This document shows positions 35,243-45,400 of a stretch of DNA of 64,000 nucleotides, one piece after another (the first letter of the stretch is position 1; the number at the start of each line of letters is the position of its first letter). This DNA is from a candidate division Zixibacteria bacterium RBG_16_53_22 (GTDB lineage Bacteria; Zixibacteria; MSB-5A5; UBA10806), in contig MEWP01000063.1 in assembly GCA_001775395.1 (NCBI GenBank), forward strand, positions 2,086-66,085. Direction: 5' to 3'. The notes beneath the pieces were generated by a model. That model searched no databases. It had not been told where the DNA came from and saw nothing but the letters and a program-made list of their open reading frames with translations. A program made the translations under genes and the position numbers.

Positions 35243-35853
35243 TGACGCTACACGTGATCAACCGCATACCCGATTTGAGCGCGGTTATGTATGCCATGCA
35301 GACCAATCAGCGTCATCAGAGCATCATGCATGCTCAGGCCACCCGTGGCATGGAGCGCATGCTATTTCTGACCCGCCAGTTGGCTCCCGTGGGTAAATAC
35401 GAGCCGCCCTGGCAAACCAGTCAGGGCGTGATCAACCACGGCAGACCCAGTATCCGCCAGCACAGCATGACGCTGGACACAGGTTGGACACAGCAAGTAG
35501 AGCGGGTGACGCACGGGGCGGCTTTTACGCTGTTTAACCAGGCTCCCCATGCGCCTTACGTGATCTACGGTACGCCTGCCCATCCGATCACGGGCAAGCC
35601 TGTATTGGCCTTCCATTGGAGCAACTACAGTGCCACGGGCGAAGGTAACTGGGGGCCATACCAGGGCGATCCACCTGGCCCTTACAGTTTCCCGCGTGTC
35701 AACCATCCCGGCGCTCGACCCAACACCTTTGTGCAGCAGGCGGCGGCCCAGAACCGGCCACGCATGGTCGAGCTGTTAGGCGAAGGGGCCAAGGAAGTCA
35801 GACAGCCGCTCATAAACTTCTTCATGGGAAGAGGACAAGGATTACTGAGATAA
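35242..35853 (+). CDS. HK97 gp10-like neck/tail completion protein
   Basis: APYVIYGTPAHPI...VNHPGARPNTF. Confidence 0.7.
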   Translation: MTLHVINRIPDLSAVMYAMQTNQRHQSIMHAQATRGMERMLFLTRQLAPVGKYEPPWQTSQGVINHGRPSIRQHSMTLDTGWTQQVERVTHGAAFTLFNQAPHAPYVIYGTPAHPITGKPVLAFHWSNYSATGEGNWGPYQGDPPGPYSFPRVNHPGARPNTFVQQAAAQNRPRMVELLGEGAKEVRQPLINFFMGRGQGLLR

Positions 35854-36203
35854 TGTTGCCAGAGTATCTACCGCTGCTGATCCAGGTGCCTATCGTGGGG
35901 GCCTTTATATTCTTCGTGCTCATGATGACCCGGCTGTACATCCAGCACGAGGGAGAACGCGACGATCAATGGCAAACGTTCCTTAAACAGTTGTCTGATA
36001 GCGAGTGCGGAACGATAAACACGATGCGCGAGGGCATAGGTGCCAGTATGCGCGAGATGCAACTGGCGCTCAGGGATATGTCGCGCCAGATCGCCAAGAA
36101 CACAGCTATCATCCTGGCTTATGAATCCGCCCGCAGCGGCAAGGTGCATACCGATACAGTCGAGATCGCCAAGGAATTGCTCAGGAGTGTTAACGACGAA
36201 TGA
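35853..36203 (+). CDS. single-TM coiled-coil protein (holin-like)
   Basis: N-terminal TM IQVPIVGAFIFFVL followed by a helical region. Confidence 0.45.
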   Translation: MLPEYLPLLIQVPIVGAFIFFVLMMTRLYIQHEGERDDQWQTFLKQLSDSECGTINTMREGIGASMREMQLALRDMSRQIAKNTAIILAYESARSGKVHTDTVEIAKELLRSVNDE

Positions 36204-36745
36204 ATATCGGCGCGGTCAAGGCGGCACTAAAGTCGCTCATAGAAACCAACAATGCTACGCTGTGCACGGGCATCACACACCAGGGTCAGGCCCGCACGCT
36301 CAAACACGTGACGACCAGCGTGCTGACACCGGCTATCGGCTACTATTTCCTGGCGATCCACGTCGAGGAGACCCTGGAGCACACCCGCACCGGGGTCAAT
36401 GCGCAGCGACCTGCCAGGCAGACTGAATATGACGTGCTTTTGCACATCGACGAGTTTCCCATACCCGTGGCGTCCGAGGATGAGCTGTACGAGACGGTGC
36501 ATGCCGACTTCGACAAGCTGGTATCGCGTATCGTCAACCTGATCGAGACACAGACCTGGATCGGCACGAGTCCGAAATTCAGACTCGCTCGCAACGCAGC
36601 CGTGGAAGGCGACAGAAATATCATCGTCAGCAACTCGCTCCAGCCGTATTTTGACGGGGCCGAGTTGACACACGCACAGCTTATATCGCAGATCCGCTTC
36701 AGACTAAGCCAGGAATGTGTGGATGCCGCCGACGAGCTGTACTGA
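36200..36745 (+). CDS. putative tail terminator
   Basis: Position before tail tube; size. Confidence 0.5.
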   Translation: MNIGAVKAALKSLIETNNATLCTGITHQGQARTLKHVTTSVLTPAIGYYFLAIHVEETLEHTRTGVNAQRPARQTEYDVLLHIDEFPIPVASEDELYETVHADFDKLVSRIVNLIETQTWIGTSPKFRLARNAAVEGDRNIIVSNSLQPYFDGAELTHAQLISQIRFRLSQECVDAADELY

Positions 36746-36984
36746 TGAGTTGGGTGTTTGTGGGAACTCTGGCTCGTTTGGGCAGCTTTAAGGTGATAGG
36801 CCCTGCTACGGGCAAGCAATGGATCATCAGATCCAGCGGAGACTGGATACCAGAAGAGGATGCAGAGGGCCTGTTGAAAATGGAAGTCGAGATCTGCTGC
36901 GTAAAAACACTTGGAAAAGTTATGGTCAGACCACTGCATAGGCTGGTGCCTACAGTGGACGATATGAAGAAAACACCACTCTAG
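36745..36984 (+). CDS. small hypothetical protein
   Basis: TGATG overlap; GPATGKQW. Confidence 0.55.
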   Translation: MSWVFVGTLARLGSFKVIGPATGKQWIIRSSGDWIPEEDAEGLLKMEVEICCVKTLGKVMVRPLHRLVPTVDDMKKTPL

Positions 36985-37007
36985 GTACTAGAGAAAGGAG
37001 ATCTAAA

Positions 37008-37649
37008 ATGGGTTCGTACTACTCTGTCGGGGCTCCTTCAGCATCCGCTGGTTTCCTGATGCAACCAGAGTCCAAGATTAAGATCGGTACAGCCGCTCTG
37101 TATGCGTCACTAGAACATACGTCATGGACGTACATTACGTATGAAGCGAGTATTGGTTTGCAGGCTGGCACGTCTTTCGAGCTAGGCGTGGTCGATTCGC
37201 TGTCCTTCGTGATGGAACCGACCATCGAGCCGCTTGAGTCGGCTAATATCGCCGACGCCACGATCTATCTCGTCACTGGCGAGGAGACCACGGTCGAGGT
37301 GGGTATCCAGCAATTCGATACCCGCACGCTGGAGATCGCTATGTCCACCGGTGTCATGTACGCCCTGGGCAACGAGCGGCTGATCACCTTCGGCGGCGGC
37401 TGCACCATCAAGAACCGCCCGCTGTCTATCGAGTCAGGCAACGTGGCCTGCGATGCGCCCACCAGCCCCAACGTGAGCAATGGTATCACGGGTATCGTGG
37501 TGACTCTGTACGACGTGATTTGCTCCAGTGGCCTACCGTGGGACTCCATCGTGGCGGGTGAGATCAGCGTGATCGACTTGACCTTCGAGGCCCGCCCTGT
37601 GCTGGCACGAGCGAGGGGCAATCGACTTGGGACAATTTATGTATATTGA
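37008..37649 (+). CDS. major tail tube protein
   Basis: Beta-rich 213 aa; strong SD; upstream of chaperones and tape measure. Confidence 0.7.
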   Translation: MGSYYSVGAPSASAGFLMQPESKIKIGTAALYASLEHTSWTYITYEASIGLQAGTSFELGVVDSLSFVMEPTIEPLESANIADATIYLVTGEETTVEVGIQQFDTRTLEIAMSTGVMYALGNERLITFGGGCTIKNRPLSIESGNVACDAPTSPNVSNGITGIVVTLYDVICSSGLPWDSIVAGEISVIDLTFEARPVLARARGNRLGTIYVY

Positions 37650-37708
37650 CCAATAAATATAAATCGTGCCCAGGCTGCACGTTATCATAACCATATAGGA
37701 GGCTGCTG

Positions 37709-38530
37709 CTGAGAGTAGTCAAGCACCGCATCACGTACAGCGTGGATGACGTATTCACCCTGTATTACTTGACCGACCTACACATCGGCAATGCGCTGTG
37801 TGACGAAAAGTTACTCAAGGAAGACGTGGCCTGTATTGCCGACGATCCCAAGGCGATATGGATAGGCGGCGGGGATTACGCTGATTTCATCAACCGGGCT
37901 GACCGCCGCCACAGGGAAAGCTCCCTGGCAGCCTGGTTATATGGCAAGGATGACATAGCCCAGGAACAGATCAAGTATCTTGAGAACCTGCTGAGTCCAA
38001 TTTTGGACAAGTGCCTGGGGCTATGCAGAGGCAATCACGAGGATGACATTCTCAGCAAGTCTGAGCGGGACGTATATAGTGCCATTGTCAATATGGTGGC
38101 TCGGCCCAACCGTCCTGTTCGTCTTGGTTATGGTGGTTGGGTTGTTCTGTTGTGGGAGGATGGCAAAAAGACACGCTGGCACACCACCATATTTTGCCAT
38201 CACGGATCTGGTGGTGGGATACTACCGGGCGGCGATGCACTCACACTGGGTAGATTGCCCACCTGGTACGACTTCGACATCGCCATCCTGGGCCACCGAC
38301 ATACCAAACACTGGCTACCTAACACCATAACCGGGCCAACTTTTACAGCCAGTAAGCTGCAACAACGTGAGCAGGCTATGCTATTTGGAGGCACATACCT
38401 GGGCGGTATTGACCTGGAAGGCACCGATCTGGAATCGTATGCCGAAGCCAGGTTGCTACCACCCAGATCGGTGGGCGGCATCAAGATCCAGTTCATGCCT
38501 GCCCAGAAAACCTTTAAGATCGTCATATAA
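37709..38530 (+). CDS. calcineurin-like metallophosphoesterase
   Basis: TDLHIG; GGDYAD; GNHE; HHG; GHRH; likely CTG start 6 nt after GGAGG. Confidence 0.8.
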   Translation: MRVVKHRITYSVDDVFTLYYLTDLHIGNALCDEKLLKEDVACIADDPKAIWIGGGDYADFINRADRRHRESSLAAWLYGKDDIAQEQIKYLENLLSPILDKCLGLCRGNHEDDILSKSERDVYSAIVNMVARPNRPVRLGYGGWVVLLWEDGKKTRWHTTIFCHHGSGGGILPGGDALTLGRLPTWYDFDIAILGHRHTKHWLPNTITGPTFTASKLQQREQAMLFGGTYLGGIDLEGTDLESYAEARLLPPRSVGGIKIQFMPAQKTFKIVI

Positions 38531-38542
38531 TAGGAGAGCCAC

Positions 38543-38989
38543 ATGTCAGAGCTAGAAGTCCGTAACAAGATCGTCTTCACCTGGGTGGATGACTCGCGTG
38601 AACCCCACGAGTACGTCAAGCATCTACGCCGTCCCAAGGGACGCCAGGCCCGCTTGAATTTGCCCAAGATAACGGCCTTCCTGGGCAAGATCGCCGAACT
38701 CCAGGAACGTATCGAGAAGCAGAGCAAAAAGGGTGCCAGCGTAGCCGACAACATGGCTATGATCGAGAGCTTCTTCACACCGGAGAACGAGCAATTGTTC
38801 CCCTTCATCCTGCAAATGGAAACCGAAGATGAGTTGCGCATCTTGAACGAAGAGCTGACCGCCATTGAGGTCATCGAGGCTGTGTCGAAGGCAGCTACGT
38901 ATATCGTGGAGGAAAGCCTGAACCGCTCCGAAGTTCAGCAGGCGCTAAAAAAATTGGGTGGAGAAGGAGTCGAGGAGGCTCCAGCTTAG
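38543..38989 (+). CDS. tail assembly chaperone (gpG-like)
   Basis: Between tube and tape measure; contains the slippery site. Confidence 0.7.
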   Translation: MSELEVRNKIVFTWVDDSREPHEYVKHLRRPKGRQARLNLPKITAFLGKIAELQERIEKQSKKGASVADNMAMIESFFTPENEQLFPFILQMETEDELRILNEELTAIEVIEAVSKAATYIVEESLNRSEVQQALKKLGGEGVEEAPA

Positions 38990-39444
38990 ATAACAACCCG
39001 CTGGCCGAGTACCGTGCCGTGCGCATGATTTGCAAGCACTTCAACTTCACCGGCGATTACGTCAACCTGGGCATGGAAGTGGGTGACTTCTTTTGCTACC
39101 TGGCCGAAGCGTTGGATGCCGAGGAGCTGGAAGACTATCGTGAAGCCCTCATGGCGGGTGGCAAAGAAGCCAAAAAGAAGTGGAAATGGTCTACGCCCGA
39201 TCACGCAGGTACACGTGCTATGGGTGGCGGTAGTCAGGATGTGCGCCAGTCCATGATGAACATGGCGCAGGCACTCACCAAGGGACCAGTCAAGAAGACA
39301 GGCAATATCTCGGAGATCGCCAACCTGTTGGGTAAGAAGATGGTCTTTAGGACTGAGGATGGCAATTACTACGACGAGGATGGCAACCCGGTAGATGGTA
39401 AGGGCATGGTGTTCATACCACTGGACAACCAGAAGGTAAACTGA
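38947..39444 (+). CDS. tail assembly chaperone -1 frameshift extension (gpGT-like)
   Basis: A-AAA-AAA at 38947-38953; the -1 frame is open from there into ORF 39019..39444. Confidence 0.7.
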   Translation, partial: KKIGWRRSRGGSSLDNNPLAEYRAVRMICKHFNFTGDYVNLGMEVGDFFCYLAEALDAEELEDYREALMAGGKEAKKKWKWSTPDHAGTRAMGGGSQDVRQSMMNMAQALTKGPVKKTGNISEIANLLGKKMVFRTEDGNYYDEDGNPVDGKGMVFIPLDNQKVN

Positions 39445-42400
39445 GTGGCAGTTAGTCAAGAGATCTTTCGCGCAACCTTGACGGTTGAAACGAATATAGT
39501 TAGTGCCATCGAGGGTCTGGAAAAGCTATCCAAAAAAGCCATCGAGACTCTGGATAGTCTGCAAAAGATCAGTACGGCTGTGGTCAAGCCCGATCTGGGC
39601 GGCCTTAATACCATCTCTACTACAATCGAGAAGGCAACTAAAGACATTCGAGCCGACTTTGAACGATTGCGCCAAGAGGTAGTTGGCAAGTCTATTATCC
39701 CAGAAATGATAGACGCCATCGCTAAAGAGTTTGATCGGCTGCCTAACAAAACCGCCCCAGAAGTCAAAAAACTCCACCAGCAATTCGAGCAACTAAAAAC
39801 CAGCGTCAAGCCCATCGAAGATGCCATAGCTGGCATGGATGCCAGCACACGCAAGCATATGGAAGGTATAGTCGCCGAGGCTCTCAAGATGAAGGGAGCA
39901 TTTAGCGACGATCAGATCAAGGCAGCCATGGCATCTATTGGTTCTGCTACTGCCAAGACTGGATCAGAGGTACAAGGCACTATCGGGCAGCTCAATAAGT
40001 TAGCCGAGGCTGTTCGTCAGGTATACTTGACACAGAAACCACCTGCTGCCAAGGCTGCCGAGGCCGAGATAGAAAATCGCGCCAAGCGGGCGGCTGCCGA
40101 GTTTGAGAATCTTAAGAAGATTGGCGAGAAGACATTTGCAGATTATGAGCGCCAGGGCCAGAAGTTTAGACAACAGACAGCTCTGGCTACCAGTGAGTTG
40201 GGTGAAGCTGCCCAGCGCGTCACCGCCTTTGAGCAACGCTTCAGGGCCATCGGGCAGGTAGCGGCTGAAGGCTCGACTGGCTTCAGGGCGGCTGTAGCCA
40301 ACATCCGGGGTGGTTTCCAATTGATGGCGGCTGAAGGCGGTAACTTCGCTTTAGGCTTGCGCCAGGCTTTCTTCGGTCTGTCGGGCTCTACCAATGTGTT
40401 GGGGCGTGCCCTGGACTGGCTGGGTGGTCGCCACAACGAGTTGAGCCGGGCTACCGGCAAGCTGGAGCAGGAAACCCTGCGCATAGATAATATCATGCGC
40501 CGCTTCACTACTGGTATGCGCGACCAGATGGACGTGCTCAAGGAAGTGGGCAAGGAAGAGGGTGTCCAGAAGGCGGCTCTAAGCGAGATCGACGTTCAAG
40601 TCAAGCGCGTCGAAAAAGCCTTCAAGGATATGAACACCACTATCGTGGCGGGTGGCAAGCCCACCGAGCAACAGATGGCGCGTATCCGCGAAGAAGTGCG
40701 TATCCTGGAACAGTCCTACCGTCAGCTCAAGGTACAGGGCATCATCCCGGCTGGCTCGGCCACTGACGACATGTTCAAGCAAATGCTAAAGGGTATTGAG
40801 ACCCAGCGGGTAGGTTCTAACCAGATGATCGCCCGTGTCATCGCCCTGCGCAAAGAGGTGGAAAAGGCCGAGCAGAGCGAGAAACAATCCAATGCCACTT
40901 CCGAGAAGCGGGTAGGTATCTTCCAGCGTGTATCTATCGCCTTCTCCAATCTGTTCAACATCACCCGTAACGTCACCAACGAGACCAAGAACTTCAACCA
41001 ACAACTGGATCAGACCGGGGCGAAGATGGGCGTGGTAGCTCGCACTGCCGACGTAGCCAAGGGTGCTTTCGTCGGCTTCGTGGGTGCGGCAGCGGCCATC
41101 ACCGGCCTGCGGTATGCCATCGACGGCATTGGTTTTGCCATACGCAACCTGGGCGGCAAGTTCCTGGAAGTTAACAACACTGCCCAGAATTTCGGCATCA
41201 CGCTGACCAATATGCTGCGCGGCTCGAAAATCGAAGATCAGGCTGAAGAGGTGGTGGGCGGCGCTATGGACTTCATCAAGGAAGCCGTAGCTGCCACACC
41301 CTTCGAGCTGGCGGATGCCATCGAAGCCTTCCAACGCCTGATCATAGCCGGGCTTGATCCCAAACAGTGGATGGAGCCCATCGCCGACGCGGCGGCTATC
41401 ATGAATAAGCCCATGGATCAATTGATCGGCGCTTTCCAGCGTTTGACGGTAGGCGACACAGGCCAGGCGCTCATGATGATGCGCGACTTCGGCATCAACG
41501 TCAACCGCGCCGCAGTCTTTGTCGATCAAGCTACTGGCAACCTGCTAAGCTATGACCAGGCCCAGCAGGCCGTCAACATGAGCGCTGAGCAATTGGCAGC
41601 CAAGGGTTGGGCCAAGCTTAATCTGGAGTTCTCCAAAGGCGGTGAATTGACCACCGACACAGCCACAGCCCTCAAGATATTGAACGGCTACTTGACGCAG
41701 AATTCCACCATTGCCGGTACGGCTGCCTCTCGCTCGCTCTCACTCCAGGGCGTCATGTCCAACCTGAAGGATAGCGTCAGTAACCTCTTCATCGAGATGG
41801 GCAAGCCTATCATGGAGAAGTTGACCGGGGCGGGTAGTGGCCTGTTAGACAAAATTAACGAGCTACAGCCTGTTTTGAATGCCCTGGCTGCCAATATCGG
41901 CGTGGCTCTATCAGGCGCTATCGACTTTGCCATCAACTTCATTTCCAATTTCAAAGAGAACTTCGCCGGGCTGATCGAGGTGGTGCAGACCGTCATTTCT
42001 ATCGTCGCTAGTATCTTCGCCGGTGACTGGCAGAACGCCTGGTTCCTGTTCCTGGATGCCATCGACGTAGGCTTGTCCAACGCAGTCCAATTTCTGGACT
42101 CGTGGATCAGTAATGCCTTCACCTGGGGCTGGAACTTCGTAGTCGAGATCGCCAATGGCGTGCTAGACAGCGCCAGTTCAGTGCTGATGGAAGCCCTCAA
42201 CTCCGTGGGCGAGATGATCAGCTCCTTCCTGGCCCCTGGCTCAGCCCCTGAAGTCGGACCACTCTCGACCATCGACGAGTGGGGCGCGGCCCTCATGGAC
42301 ATCTTTGGGGCAGGTGTAGCCGACATCAACGACGACAACATCAACACCGCCATGGAAGAGATGAAGAAGCTGATCCAGGCGTCTGGCGGCCAGTTGTCCG

Positions 42401-45400
42401 ATGGTTTTTACGAAGCCTTCTCTTCGATAGACTTTGCGGCAGCTATCCAGAACGCGCGTGCGCAGTTGAGTGACTTGCTCGCCAGCTTTGCCAACCTGGA
42501 TATGAGCAAGGTGCTGGGCTCGCTCAAGTCGGTCGATTTCAGCTTTATCCGCGATGCCCTATCGCCTGTCAAAGACTTCTTCAAGACCATGGGCTCGGAA
42601 GGCACCGAACCATTCCTCAAAGTACGCGACTCCATGGCGGCCATCGTGGCCGAGCTGAATGCGACGGGTGAAATCAACGAAGAAGCCTTTGCCAAGATCG
42701 GCGAGGTACTGGGCGATCAGAATAAGGAGATGACCAAGTACCTACGGCTGCAATTGGAACTGCATTCTGCACAGAGAAAACTCCAGGATGTCCAGGGCGA
42801 AGTAGCCGCTGCTGAGGCCAGGGGCTTTGTGCCCGCTGCATTGAAGGCCAAGCTGGCGGCTGCCGAAAAGGATGTTGAGGATAAGAAGGAAGCTGTCGAT
42901 TGGCAAAAGGAATACGTGGCCTGGCAAAAGGAGGGCAACCAATTACAACAGGAATTCGTAGGTGGCCTGGACAAAGCTGCCAAGGCTATGGGCAAGGCAG
43001 CCTCGGCAGCAGGTAGTGCTGCCAAGGCCCAGGCCAAGCAGATCGAAACCTTAGCAGAGTGGTACGCCCGCGAGAAGGCCCTGATCGAAGAGAAATATCG
43101 CCTGGGCGTTATCGGCGAGCAGGAATATGTACAGGCTCTTCTCAATTTGGAGAAGCAGTATGTAGATCGCTCGTTGGAAGAGGGCATTCCCGCTGGTCTG
43201 GATGCCCATGTACAGGCGATTAAGGAGTTAGAACTTCGCCTGGAGGGCCTCAAGGAAAAGACCAAAGAGGCGCAGGGTCAGGCGTCCAAAGGTATCGAGA
43301 TGCAGACGCCTGCCGAGATTCTGGGTAAATTTGCAAAAAATATACAGGAAATAGCCCAACAGACAGGCGGCGATTTCGCCGATGGATTCGTGCTTGCCAT
43401 GCGCGAGGGTATCCCGCGTAATGTGCCCGGCTTGATGGCTGACATATGGGCCAAGATACTTGAAGGCTTTGTAACCATCTTTAACAACATCCGTAACTTT
43501 TTGGCACAGAACGTCACGCCTCAGAACTTTCCTATATTCGCGGTTGTTGCCGGACTATTTACCCAATTGGCAGCTTCACCTATTATGAACTTCGTTACCA
43601 GGCTGGCTGCCAGGATTGCGCCAGTCATTGTTAGATTGGGCGGTCTCAGAGGTATCTTGCTAAAGCTACTGGGTGTGCTTGGCAGAGCTGCATTGCTAGG
43701 TGGAATTATCATCACTATCTTCTTGAATTGGGATAAGATTGTAGCTGCACTCAGTCCAGTTATAACTAGTTTATCTACAGCCATCAAGGCACTTGCAGAC
43801 GAGGCTATAGCTGCCATTATAGAGCGCATGGGCGGTGCGGAGCAGGCGGCCATCAAGTTTAATGCTGCTTACGAAACGATGCGCAGCATTGTAGCTGGTG
43901 TCGGCGAGGTATTCAACATGCTGATCACCAGCGGTTTCTCAGAGATCGGCCAAGCTATCGAGGGCGCGTTTAAGTCCGCAGTCATGGCTATGCCGACCCA
44001 GGGTATTTCAGGCGCTATCTCAACTTTCTTCACTACGCTCATCAGCTCGCTAAGCACAACCAATATAGGACAGGCTATCACAAACCTGTTTACCAATGCC
44101 GTGGCTGGCATCAGAGAGACCATACTTCCCATCTTCTCAGATGTTTTGGGTGGTATAGGAACTGCTCTTGGGGGCCTGGTGCCACCTGGTGTGGTAGATA
44201 CGTTCAACCAATTGCGTCAGTCGATTGCAGCCTTTTTCGAGGAAGGCAGACTGGGCGGAGAAATCGTTAGACTTTTCGGCGACCTAAAAGAGTTGATGGT
44301 AGCTCTAGCCCCCATTGCCAAGGCTCTTCTATCTGTTTTGGCAGCCCTGGCTGGCCTTGTGGCTAATTCTCTGGTAGCCGCATTCCAGACCATTATAGAT
44401 ATTCTGCCGAATATTGAAGGCTTCTTTGCTGGCCTGGTGAGAATAGTGCGAGGCGTGCTGGATGTAGTGAGCGGTTTAGCCACATTAATACAATCTGCGT
44501 GGGCACTTATCACAGGTGATACAGAAAAAGCCCAAACCCTTTTCCAGACGGCGATAGGTCAAATAGGTAGTGGGTTGGGTGAAATCTTTAGTGGCATAAC
44601 TCTGGCTGTCAGCAATGCCGCTCAGGCGATACTGGGGTTCCCTATAACCTTCATAAGCCACTTTGTAGATAATATAATCGCCTTCCTTCCCCAGGGATCT
44701 AGTTTCTCGCAAACGCTCCAGGCCATTGGTGGTGCTATATCCAGCTTAAAAGACATTCTCACTGGCGCATTAGAAGCCATAGGTAGCGGTATAAGCGCTA
44801 TCGGCATGGTCATCAGCGACTTCCTATCTGGACAAATCAGTTTTCAAGAAGCCTGGAACCAAATAAAGACGATCTTTGCATCGACCGTCGATGCCGTATC
44901 AGAAGCACTCGCACCACTGGGACAGGCATTATTGGATGGTATTCTTAATGGGGTTGAGTGGCTAAGAACCAATGCCCCCATAATTTTGCAGACTATCGGT
45001 GCCTGGGTTACAGACACACTTGTTCCCGGCATAGCCAGTTTTGCGGCCTCACTAGCTACTGGCTTCGTGGATCTATTTGGCAAGGCAGTCGAATATGTAG
45101 GTGCTAACTGGCCTACCTGGCTAGAAACCTTAAATAGTTACGCTGCATCGATCATAGCTGGTGTCGTCACGTTTGTCACTACTACTCTACCAGTGTGGGC
45201 AAGTGCGTTAGCAACCAAGGTTGGCGAGCTGTTCCAGGCAGCTCTGGATTATGTACAGACTAACTGGCCTGCCTGGTCTGCTACACTTAACAGTTATGTC
45301 GGTCCCATCATAGATGGAATCATTATTTTCTTCACGGCTACACTACCGACATGGATAACTGATCTGATCACCAAGTTCGGTGAGTTAGTACAGGGTTTAC

